Shown in pieces: positions 48,240-58,900 of a DNA stretch of 64,000 nucleotides. The position numbers and the translations under genes were made by a program. Source of the stretch: Sedimentisphaerales bacterium (GTDB lineage: Bacteria; Planctomycetota; Phycisphaerae; Sedimentisphaerales; SM23-30); assembly GCA_963666285.1 (NCBI GenBank), contig OY762711.1. One strand, 5' to 3'. A model generated the notes under the pieces. It saw nothing but the letters and a program-made list of their open reading frames with translations, searched no databases and was not told where the DNA came from. Numbering within the stretch: position 1 is the first letter of the stretch; the number at the start of each line of letters is the position of its first letter.

Positions 48240-49082
48240 CTATAATTTGGGCTGGCATTTGGGGCAGAAATGAGTTGACCTGTTAGAAATGACAATCTTT
48301 TTGATCTCTGTGCCGCAAGTTCTGCATGCAAGTCCGGTTCGCTGATACACTTTCAGCATTTTTACGAAGTTTCCCATATCACCATAAGCATTGCGGTAAT
48401 CACTGAAAGATGTGCCACCTGCACGAATTGCTTTTTTAAGAATCTTCCTGATAGATTTTAACAGGTTATCCGCCTGTTTTTCAGAAATCTCCGAGGCTAT
48501 TGTCTCGGGATAAATTCCAGAATCAAAAAGAGATTCATCGGCATAAATATTGCCAAGCCCGGCAATACGAGTCTGGTCAAGGAGCAGATTTTTGATAACC
48601 CGCTGAGACTGCAAGATGTTATAAAACTGGCGGGAACTAATATCAAATGGCTCAGGGCCAAGTTTGCCCATCCCGGCAGAAATCATTTGCCGGTCAGGAT
48701 TGGAAATATCAAGCCGGGGATATAGCCATACCCTGCCAAAGCGGCGATGGTCAACAAACCTAAGCTGAATATTTCCAGATAAATTTATAACCAGATGGGC
48801 GTGCATTTCTAATTCTGCTTTCGGATCGGTAATCACAAATCTCCCAGTCATACCCAGCTGAATTAAAAGAGCGGTTCCCCGTGAAAAGGAAATGATAAGC
48901 CGCTTAGCACGACGACTGACAGATAACACCTTTTGCCCGACAAGTACATCAATAGATTCCTTAGCACCTTGCGGCACACACAGAATATCAGAACGGCGTA
49001 GATTAACGCTCTTAACAGTTTTGCCAGGGATAACTTCGGAGAGTCCCATGGCAATATTTTCTACTTCCGGCAACTCAGGCAC
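48240..49082 (-). CDS. mutM: Formamidopyrimidine-DNA glycosylase
   Basis: PELPEVE N-terminus (GTG start overlapping the upstream TAG), LLDQTRIAGLGNIYADE, and C4 zinc finger CRTC...FCPKCQ. Confidence 0.96.
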   Translation of the reverse strand: MPELPEVENIAMGLSEVIPGKTVKSVNLRRSDILCVPQGAKESIDVLVGQKVLSVSRRAKRLIISFSRGTALLIQLGMTGRFVITDPKAELEMHAHLVINLSGNIQLRFVDHRRFGRVWLYPRLDISNPDRQMISAGMGKLGPEPFDISSRQFYNILQSQRVIKNLLLDQTRIAGLGNIYADESLFDSGIYPETIASEISEKQADNLLKSIRKILKKAIRAGGTSFSDYRNAYGDMGNFVKMLKVYQRTGLACRTCGTEIKKIVISNRSTHFCPKCQPKL

Positions 49083-49987
49083 TACTCTACTTCTCCTGCA
49101 AAATTCGATTTCCACGCCTCTGGCAGCGACTGAATAATATCCTGAGGGGTAACAGCAACTTCAGTATATTGCTCGCAGGCAAAATCGCCTGCCAGGCCAT
49201 GAATATGAACCGCAAGTGCCGCAGCATCCATTAAAGACAATCCGCTGTTTTTATATCCACAGATTCCGGCAATAATACCGGTAAGCACATCACCGCTGCC
49301 ACCGACAGCCATCCCCGGATTACCAGTACCATTTTCATAGCTTATGTTACCATTAGAAATAATAGTACCGATACCTTTAAAGATTACAATAGCTCCAGTT
49401 GTTCTCGCAAATTTTTCTGCAACCCTGATACGATTGGCAGGCATATCCTGTCTGAACCACCCTTGCCACAACCGAATCATTTCACCATGATGAGGAGTAA
49501 GAATAAAATTATCGGAAAGTTTGTCATCAATAATATTAGCCAATGCCAAACGTGCCAGACAGTTTAAGCCATCAGCATCGATAATAACAGGCTTATCTTT
49601 AACCGACAAAATCACCTCAAAAAGTAAAGCAAAACTATCCGGACTGCGACTCATACCCGGGCCTATAACAATAACGTCATTTTGAGCCACTAATGCTGCG
49701 ATATCATCCCTTTCCATTCGATTATCATCGATAACACCATCTTCGGAACACGGCAATATGTAGCTGGTAGCACCAGGAGCAAGCGAAATCGTTGTAAGCT
49801 GGCACGCCTCTGGTAATGCCATTCTTACTAATCCTGCCCCGCTCCGAAAAGCAGCATTAGCCGTCAATGCCGGAGCACCCGGCATACATCTACATCCTCC
49901 AATGATCAGGATTCTGCCAAAATCGCCTTTATGGGCGTCCTTATTCCGAGGTGGAAGCTTAATTTGATGACTGATTTTGTTAACCAT
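49082..49987 (-). CDS. nnrD: ADP-dependent NAD(P)H-hydrate dehydratase (stand-alone YjeF C domain)
   Basis: HKGDFG, GAGLV, IGPGM, IDADGL, LTPHHGEM and GSGDVLTG. Confidence 0.9.
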   Translation of the reverse strand: MVNKISHQIKLPPRNKDAHKGDFGRILIIGGCRCMPGAPALTANAAFRSGAGLVRMALPEACQLTTISLAPGATSYILPCSEDGVIDDNRMERDDIAALVAQNDVIVIGPGMSRSPDSFALLFEVILSVKDKPVIIDADGLNCLARLALANIIDDKLSDNFILTPHHGEMIRLWQGWFRQDMPANRIRVAEKFARTTGAIVIFKGIGTIISNGNISYENGTGNPGMAVGGSGDVLTGIIAGICGYKNSGLSLMDAAALAVHIHGLAGDFACEQYTEVAVTPQDIIQSLPEAWKSNFAGEVE

Positions 49988-50197
49988 TCACTTTGATGAT
50001 AGCACTTGAAATATAAATTGTCTAGAAGTTTATAATGTAATCCAGATAAAATAATAAGTAAAATGACGGATTGAAAAACATTTGTGATTTAGCCGGAATG
50101 GTAATATAATTGATTTTTACCAGCCATAGAGGTTGGTCAAGTAACGAAATAACAAAATAGAACTCAATTAGCGACGGACTGTTTGTATTATTAATGT

Positions 50198-51160
50198 ATG
50201 GAAGCGTTAGAATTTACACAAGGAAAGTTGTATTTCAGGCAGGCTGCTCCAGAGCCCAAAACATCTGCCGGTGAAGTTTTACTAGAGGTTGAAGCGGCGG
50301 GTATATGTTCGACAGACCTGGAAATTATGAAAGGATATATGGGCTTTGAAGGCATCCCGGGCCACGAGTTTGTCGGGAGAGTGGTAAAAGGACCAGACGA
50401 GCTGGTAGGTAAAAAAGCAGTCTCAGAAATAAATTGTGTGTGCGGCAAATGTAAGATGTGCCGCGGCGGTTTATCTACCCATTGCACAAACCGTCAGACA
50501 ATAGGCATATATAACCATAACGGAGCCTTTGCCGAGCGAATTTCAGTACCTGTCGAAAATATCCATATACTCCCTGAAGATTTTAGTAATGACCAGGCCA
50601 TATTTATAGAGCCATTGGCAGCCGCTTTCCAGATATGTCGGCAAATAGATATAACAGGCCTTGAAAAGGCAGCAGTAATCGGTGATGGCAGGCTTGGTCT
50701 GCTGGTAGTCCAGGCACTGGGAACCAAGGTAGTAAAAGAAAACCTCTTATTACTCGGTAAACACCAGGAAAAGCTGGATATAATTGAAAAACTGGGATTC
50801 CAGGGATTTTTACCTGATGAACTTCAGGTAAAACCGGAATGGGATATTGTCGTAGATTGTACCGGTAAATCCAGCGGATTTGAGACAGCAGTAAACATGC
50901 TTCGTCCGCGTGGAACTCTAATACTAAAAAGTACCTTTGTGCCTGATAAAGCAATAGACCTATCGCCGGTAGTAATTAATGAGATACAAATAATAGGTTC
51001 CAGATGCGGACCTTTTGAAGAAGCAATAAGAGCTTTAGAGGCAGGCAGAGTATCAACCGCCGGTATGATAACCGGCAGATATAAACTGAAAGATGGGATT
51101 GAAGCATTCCACGCGGCAAGCCGGCCGGAGCATGTAAAAGTAAAGATAGAAATAAAATAA
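50198..51160 (+). CDS. Zinc-dependent MDR-family dehydrogenase
   Basis: GICSTD, GHEFVG, CGKCKMC...HC, EPLAAA and GDGRLG. Confidence 0.9.
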   Translation: MEALEFTQGKLYFRQAAPEPKTSAGEVLLEVEAAGICSTDLEIMKGYMGFEGIPGHEFVGRVVKGPDELVGKKAVSEINCVCGKCKMCRGGLSTHCTNRQTIGIYNHNGAFAERISVPVENIHILPEDFSNDQAIFIEPLAAAFQICRQIDITGLEKAAVIGDGRLGLLVVQALGTKVVKENLLLLGKHQEKLDIIEKLGFQGFLPDELQVKPEWDIVVDCTGKSSGFETAVNMLRPRGTLILKSTFVPDKAIDLSPVVINEIQIIGSRCGPFEEAIRALEAGRVSTAGMITGRYKLKDGIEAFHAASRPEHVKVKIEIK

Positions 51161-51218
51161 CTTAAACTGACCGCCGACCAGTTTGATAGGTATCAGATAT
51201 TAGATTTTAGGTATTAGG
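51161..51218 (+). repeat. Degenerate intergenic repeat (same family as 34790-34850)
   Basis: CTTAAACTGACCGCCGACCAGTTTGATAGGTATCAGATATTAGATTTTAGGTATTAGG aligns with CTCAAACTGACCGATGGTCAGTTTGAGAGGTATTAGTTATTAG... Confidence 0.7.
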
Positions 51219-51248
51219 CTAAAGATAGAATAGAAAAGAAAAACCAAG

Positions 51249-52883
51249 ATGAAACAATTTTTGCATGAAATAGCAGTCGAAGCTGGTGAGCTGGCAATGT
51301 ATTACCGGGAAAAGCTGGCAACCATAAAAATCGACCATAAAAGTAAGAAAGACCTGGTAACAGAAGCCGATGTTGCGGTTGACAACCTGCTGGTAAAGAG
51401 AATCAAAGAGAAATATCCGGACCATGGCGTCCTGGCAGAAGAAAGCGGCACCCACAGCGGAAATGAATATCGCTGGATAATTGACCCTATAGATGGTACC
51501 GGCTCATTTGTTTACGGCCACCCGGTATTTTCAATATCGATAGCGGTAGAGAGAAATGGTGAAACAATCCTGGCAGCAGTAAATGTACCGGTACTAAACA
51601 AACTGTTTGAGGCAGAACTGGGCAAAGGTGCGACATTAAACGGTTCTCCAATAGAAGTATCAGCCTGTGACGATTTCGGTTTCAGTATGCTGGCAACAGG
51701 ATTTGCCTGTCTTAGATCAGATTACGAACACAACAACATGCCTTACCTGCAGGAAATATTACCGAGAATCCAGGATTTAAGGCGACACGGCTCAGCTGCG
51801 GCAGATCTGTGCATGGTAGCCTGCGGCAGCCTTGACGGATTCTGGGAACTGCATCTGCATGAATATGATGTAGCCGCGGGAATACTCATCCTGACCGAAG
51901 CAGGCGGTAAGGTAACAAACTTTAAGGGTGAAGAACTAGCCGGAGACTTTTCTGAAATAGCCGCCTCAAACGGGATTCTGCATGACACTCTTGTTGACAT
52001 CCTAAAGAATGTCCGCCGCAAAGCTTTGCCGTTTGACTATGGCCCGGCCGAACTGGCTATGATAGATGATAAGATTACTCCCCTGGACGAGGCAATGATA
52101 AGTATTCACGACCGCAGCGTCTATTTCGGGGATGGTGTCTATGAAGCAATGCGAATATGTAACGGCAGGATCTTTGAGTTTGAAAGGCATATGGAACGGC
52201 TGAAAAACAGCCTGCAATCACTAGAGATGCTAAAATCGACAGACCTGGCCCTGGTTACAAAAAGAATACATCGGGCAGTAGAAACCTCAGGTCTGCCGGA
52301 AGCAATAGTTTATTTCCAGATAAGTCGCGGTCAGGAATACAGGAAGCACAGCTGGAGCGACGGCATTCAATCCAGATTTCTGCTGACAATCAAGAAATTT
52401 GCAATTACCGGAAAAGATTGTGTAAGTGCTATCACTCAACCGGATATGAGATGGAAGCAATGCCATATTAAATCCCTGAATTTACTACCTAATGTCCAGG
52501 CCCGCCATGCGGCAAGCCAGGCAGGGGCATATGAAGCCGTCTTGTATGATGAGCAAAAAGTTGTAACGGAAGCTACCAGTTCATCGGTACTTATGATAAA
52601 AGATAATGTAATATACGCCCCGCCATTATCAGTAAATATCCTGCCGGGAGTGACCAGGGCATTGATACTTGAATGGGCTCCGGAAATCGGGCTGGAAGTA
52701 AAAGAGGAATCATTTTCACTTGATGACATCTTTGATGCCGATGAAATTATCCTTACCGGTACGGCAACAGAGGTAAAATCAGTTGTGAAACTGGACGACA
52801 AGGAGATAGGAGACGGCAACCGCGGCCCATATGCCGAAAAGCTGCATAATATGCTGAAAAAAGCATTAAACGAGAATGCATAG
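51249..52883 (+). CDS. Fusion: inositol monophosphatase family plus class IV (D-amino acid/branched-chain type) aminotransferase
   Basis: N half has DLVTEAD, EES, WIIDPIDGT, GSAAADLC and YDVAAG. C half has DRSVYFGDGVYE, IKSLNLLPN (PLP Lys) and ILPGVTR. Confidence 0.88.
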   Translation: MKQFLHEIAVEAGELAMYYREKLATIKIDHKSKKDLVTEADVAVDNLLVKRIKEKYPDHGVLAEESGTHSGNEYRWIIDPIDGTGSFVYGHPVFSISIAVERNGETILAAVNVPVLNKLFEAELGKGATLNGSPIEVSACDDFGFSMLATGFACLRSDYEHNNMPYLQEILPRIQDLRRHGSAAADLCMVACGSLDGFWELHLHEYDVAAGILILTEAGGKVTNFKGEELAGDFSEIAASNGILHDTLVDILKNVRRKALPFDYGPAELAMIDDKITPLDEAMISIHDRSVYFGDGVYEAMRICNGRIFEFERHMERLKNSLQSLEMLKSTDLALVTKRIHRAVETSGLPEAIVYFQISRGQEYRKHSWSDGIQSRFLLTIKKFAITGKDCVSAITQPDMRWKQCHIKSLNLLPNVQARHAASQAGAYEAVLYDEQKVVTEATSSSVLMIKDNVIYAPPLSVNILPGVTRALILEWAPEIGLEVKEESFSLDDIFDADEIILTGTATEVKSVVKLDDKEIGDGNRGPYAEKLHNMLKKALNENA

Positions 52884-52913
52884 CACTTTTATCAGGTTTC
52901 AGCTAATCAAAAC

Positions 52914-52951
52914 AAAAAAGGCCATAAGAGTAATTCTTACGGCCTTTTTTT
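52914..52951. terminator. Bidirectional intrinsic terminator
   Basis: AAAAAAGGCCATAAGA...TCTTACGGCCTTTTTTT between convergent genes. Confidence 0.8.
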
Positions 52952-52971
52952 ATTGCTTTACGAAAGACTTA

Positions 52972-55900
52972 TCACTGTATATCTTCAATAGAAGGTGCTT
53001 TTGTAGCAAGGTTTCTCAATAATGAATCAATTTCGTTCTGGAAACCAGGCTGTGGAACCGAATAACTATAATAGTCAGTATCAGCCATCTTGTTACGTTC
53101 TTCAAACTTAGCACCTGCCAAGTCAATAGCAGCCGGGTTATAATTCATAACATTATCAGGTTCGTATACAGCAGCACTGTCAACCGGATAAGTAAGGTCA
53201 GGATTAACTTCTGTAGAGTGTTCCAGACCTAAAATATGTCCTAACTCGTGAATCGCCGTACCGGCAATAGCTGTAACAGCCATATCAACATTTTCCTCAT
53301 CAGTTCCGTCAAGGAATAAATTGTAATAATCGCCTATACTGGCCGAACCAACTGTACACATATCAGATCTGTCACTATTGTGTCTGTCAACAGTTTCTGC
53401 AATACCCATCAATCCAGAAAGCGGATAACTACCACCAATAACAACAGTGGAATGCTCCATCCTATTGACATTGAAGTCCGCAACGGAAAGAACAGCGGAA
53501 TCAGGATAATCCTCTTCGCCGTCACCATCCCGATCAACGTGGACATCAATATCAGTAACAAACTGGATAAGCTGCAGGTCTTCTCTGACTTCGGTGTCAG
53601 GATCATCCAGAGCTTCACGATAAGCATTTTCAATTTCAACGACCATACGAGCTACCATGTATTCCCAGGTAACATCAACACGATCATCAGCCAGACCGTC
53701 ACCATCGACATCATCCATAAAGTATGATGGCAGATCTTTAAAATCGTCCAGACTGAATGCAGAACGCTCAACTACATCTTCATAGGAAGCGGCAGGAAAG
53801 CTATCAGCCAAATATTCTGCGATGGTGTTTTCGCCGGTTTCCTTATCGCCAAATGACAGGTAAACAATTTGAGGTCCATCACTAGTTGCAATATTACTCT
53901 TTCCGCCATCGGTAGTTGTAATAGAAAGAGTATATGGATTAACCGAGCCATAATTATTAGTATCTACAAATCCATCACTAGTACTATTTACAAGCATTGA
54001 TACAACAATATAATAAGTACCAACTAATGTCTCAGCCACACCGTCGCCATCAAGATCTTTAAGTGTCATTGGGTCAAGGACATGATCTTCATATCCATCA
54101 ACATCCAGTGTATTGATAGCCTGAACCACATAATCAGGATCAACTAACTCATCCGGAGTAACAGTATCAGTAGAGTCTGTATAAATAGTTGCAATAGCTT
54201 CAAGGTCACTATTATACACACCCACCAGGAACTCAACATCAGATCCACCGGTATACTTAAGGGCATCAACATCAACCTGCATATACTGTCCTTCTGCAAG
54301 CTCGACTTTATAAATATCAATATCCTGCAGCATAGCCAGTTCAGAAGTGACTTCAATATGTCCGGCGGTCCCGGCGGTAAGAAGCTTACCTTCAGCACTC
54401 ATGCTCCAATCGGTACTGCCGGCAATGTCATCTCTATTAAAAATGTAAAGATTGTCATCTGAATCTTCGTCATAACGTCTCTCATCTGCAATCCATTCTG
54501 TCCCCAGACTTGAATCCATCAGATCAACAGCACTATCGTCAGGAGCAGAAGAATCATAGGCAAGCCCGCTATCAGTGACAGTAATGCCAAAATCACTATC
54601 ACCATCATTGAAGGCATAGATATTAAGATCATATTTGATCGGCTCACTGGCTACAAGGTTGTAACCGAAAAATGAATATATCAGGCTGGAACTACTGAAA
54701 GTCGGGCCAACACGCAATACATAATTGCCGTCTTCTTCAATATTTGCAACCAGTTCGATAGTACCGGAATACGGGTCGATAGTAATTTCGGCATCTTCAA
54801 CCGGTGTTGTGGTAGTATAACCCAATCCGGGACGAAGAATATCAACTGTAGAACCAAAATACAATTCCAGACTGCCGGAACCAGAGTCGGTATCAATAGA
54901 GATTGTAATGGTATTATCATCATAATCAAGAATAGCGGCACTATAAGTATCATCAATCTTGACTGAGTCAACATCGCCAAGCACAGACCAGTCGATATCA
55001 TCAATCACGAGAGTAATGTCTCCCTGACCCGTTGTATAGCTAATATCAAATTTATAGTAACCATGATCAGTATCAGTATTACCACTGCTGCTGACCTGGA
55101 CAGTACCAAGGTCTGTAGCTGTCGTCTGACCAAAATCATGTGTCTGCCAATCGCCATCATTAAGACGAATAAACATGCCGTCAGAATCATATTCAGGACT
55201 ACCCTGAACCGTACGAATCAGAATAGGTTCGCTATCATCTAAAGTACTATCAAAAGTCAGAACAGAATATTCACCTTCTTCGAGCAGCTCTATTGTCTTT
55301 GTCCTGTCCGAACCGGCATTAATAGCAGTGTCAATCTGAATAATACTGTTACCGTTATTTTCAACTGCCAGCAAGCGAGTCTTACTGTCGAAGTCCATCG
55401 CGGTAATCTCATACCCGCTATCAATAGTACCAATAATTTCCGGCCTGCCAAAATCTACATTAACGATAACATCCTGGCTACCGGAATCCGTATCAATCTT
55501 CACTTCTCGAGTATCAAATCTGATCAAGGTGTTTGTAAGAGTATCAAAACCGAAAAGTTCGTTTTTATCTTCACTTAAGACAGGATTGACATCATTTGAC
55601 GGGAAGGATCCAAATGCCAGCTCAGACACATTCCCAAGGTCAAATCCACTCATGGTCCAGTCAGAAGTAACCATGTTTTCACCCGGATTGAGAATATCTT
55701 CAAACTTGATAAGATGGTCAGTTGTGACAACTTCAATATCACCACTGCCAAAAGGATCGAAAGTGGAAGTAACCTCCACAATAGCCCAAAGCTCCGCACG
55801 ATCAACTAATTCAGTCGAGCCATCCGCAGCATTGATTTGCTTAACAGCACCAAATTCGATGCCTTTAATGCCCGTTATTCTCAGCTGAGTCTCGCCTTCG

Positions 55901-58900
55901 GTACTGACAATACTTGGAGTAATCTTTTCATAAATATCACCAAGTACACTTAAAGTCAGTTCAACATCGCCTTTTTCCGGGTTAATAGGATCTTCAACCA
56001 TAATAGGTTTAGCATCATATGTTTCTGTACTGACAAGAGCAAATACCCCCTGATCAGAATCATAAGCTAAAGCATTATAATCTGTATACACCAGAGACGC
56101 CTGGAACTCTGCCAGCAATTCATCCTGCCCTTTTTCAATCAGGTCATTCTGAATTTCAATCAATAAATCTCCGTCAAGTTCGCCTTCTAACTGACTGTAA
56201 AGGTAATTAGACAGGTATTTTCTCAGGTTGAAATCAAGAATATCATTAGCATCAAGCCTGATAGTTGTTTCAAGAACAACCGAACTAACAGTCAAATCAG
56301 TAATATCCGGCAAAATCATATCATGCTGCGGAAGGGTAGAAGTAGCATCACGGGTATCTTCACCCTGCAGTTCGCCAACCTTATCCATTGAGAACTGGCC
56401 CATAGTCCAGACAGAACCGGAATCAGCAGAGAAGTAAATATTTGCCTCACCCTCGGCAAAAGTAGCGTCAATATCAATAATCAAACTAGAACTGACATTG
56501 CCAAAAACATCTACTTCGTTAACCACTGTCACGTCAACAAACTGATTATCGCTATAAGCCCAATCAACTATACTACCGGCAAGCATTGTCTGGGTCTGGC
56601 CATTTACGGTTACGGTTTCCCAGAAATCAATATCATCGATTTCAACCTGTAGCTGCCCGGTCAGAGCCGAATTATATTCAATTGTAAAGCCATAATACAA
56701 ATCATTCTGAACAAAAGAGAATGTTTCCTTGTTTTCAGGATGATTATCGAGGTCACTGTAAATATTCAGTAAACCAGCCTGTAATGAAGCGACATCATCG
56801 CTGCCAAATTCATGGGAAGTAGTTTCGTTGGCATAAGTTATAGTAAAGGTATCACCCTTTGGCGAACCGTAATTAGGCATACCAATAAGAGTATAGCCAT
56901 CCGGACTAGAGGCAAGTCCGGCAAAATCATACTCACCGTCTTCAGCCGGATCCGGGTTCAGCCAATATTCAGCTACCGGCTGATTAGAGCTGTTAAAGGT
57001 AATTTTATAAATGGCATCCGTACGGGTAGAAGAATAATCACCTCTTTGCAGATCATGCAGGATGAGTAAGCCATCACCTTCACGAGATTGACTGATACCG
57101 GTAATATTCAGATCAGTAATTACATTACCATCAGTATCAACAATATTGCCAATCGGTGTGGCAGGATCTGAGTCTGTGGCATCCTGATCAACTATTGAGC
57201 CAAAATCACTACTGAAAATATCAGCATTCAATTCGTACAAAATTCCATCAGCTGTGACACCATAAAGAATATCACGAACCTCACCTTCGCGGTAATCCTT
57301 GTCTTCAACAAGACCAACAAGACCGTAACTGCTCAGATCAACATCAGCAACAACAACTGCAAGAGATTCACTCTGATCAATTTCGACATCTCTTTCGATA
57401 TTCTGCACTTGCACAAGTGTATAATAAGAATCACCAGAAGCTGGGATATATTCAGCAATAGCCCAGAATGAGTCACCTGAATGACCGCCAAAAGCAGATA
57501 GTGACTCGATGACACCCTGAGTTCTTATTGTAGAATTAACATCAATGAGATCATTAGCAAGAACTTCAAAAGAAGTAACAGTCTGACCATCATAACCGTC
57601 AGGACTCTCTACGCTTATCTTGAAGAAATTGCCACCCTCGTCATCGTAACCATAGAAGCTGTCACCACTGTAGAATAATTCAGACAACTCAGAAGCAACG
57701 GTAGGAGCATCACTTAAACCTTCATAATACTCATTATAGGCCACTGTACTAGTAAGCCCCAGATCGTTGTATTCTTCATGTTCTTCAACTTTGAGTAATT
57801 CAACAAATAAATTATCATACCAGTCAGCCAGGTAGTACCAGGAATCATCGTAGATACTCATATCAGATAATTGCACAGAAAGAATCTGTCCTTCCTGAAG
57901 ATTATTAAGAGTGTAATAATCATTATCCAACATTGAAACGCCACCGGTATAGCTTCTGTTATCACCCAGAGTACTGGTATATTCCCAATAATAATTCTGA
58001 GGGAAACCATCATTGGCATCAAAAGGTGCAAATGCGGTTGTAGCCAGATCACCAACATCAGCAACAGCAAATGTATAAACGAAGTCGCCGCCAGGCTGAG
58101 AGTCACCAGAAGGCAGTTCACCGGTAAATTCACCATCTAATTTAATACCCATCTTATTCTGAATAACATCAGAGTTGAGTATGATCTTATAATAATTAGC
58201 ACCTTCCAGATTTTCGAGCAATCCGCTTTCATCTGTAAACAGGATAGTATTAGTAGCCTCATCGTACCTGATACTTACACCGGTACCATAAACAAAAGTA
58301 TCATCAGTTACACCCTGCTGGAAAACCTCTTCAGTTGAAGCAAATCTCTGGTCCAGGCCATCCACCTGCACCCAAACAGCAGAACTTGCTACGTCTTCCA
58401 ATGAAAGAATATCTTTATTGATAAGATCAGTATTCAACTGTTTAGTCGAAACTTCGGCCAAATTGACATTGTCATCTCCGGCAAAACGTTCGCCATGAAC
58501 AACTACATTATCAATATCGCCGGCAGCTATAATTGCATATTCATAGCTGGTCCACTGCGTCTCATCGATAATACCTTTGATAGTAACACTATCAATATTT
58601 GAAGACTTCTCCTGAACAGTATCAACAAGTTTAATACGGATTGTATTAAAACCGGTACCGCCACCGTCAATATCAATAGAAACCGACTCTACTTGAGGAG
58701 CGTCATACTTTTCAATAATCTTAGTATTAAGAACATCATCTCCGGTAGAGAACTGTCCATCCTCACCAGGTGCAACACCGGCGGCAATGTTTGATTCAAG
58801 GAAATTACCACCAATGTATACCTTAACTATATCACCTTGATTAACTTCAACATCGCTGTCTCTGAGGTCATCGACACTTTCGAGAATCACACCTGCAACA

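Noticed and set aside
42331..49115. Longer ORF-track starts at 42375, 47689 and 49115
   Set aside because: Family N-termini and RBS or overlap evidence favour 42330, 47662 and 49082.
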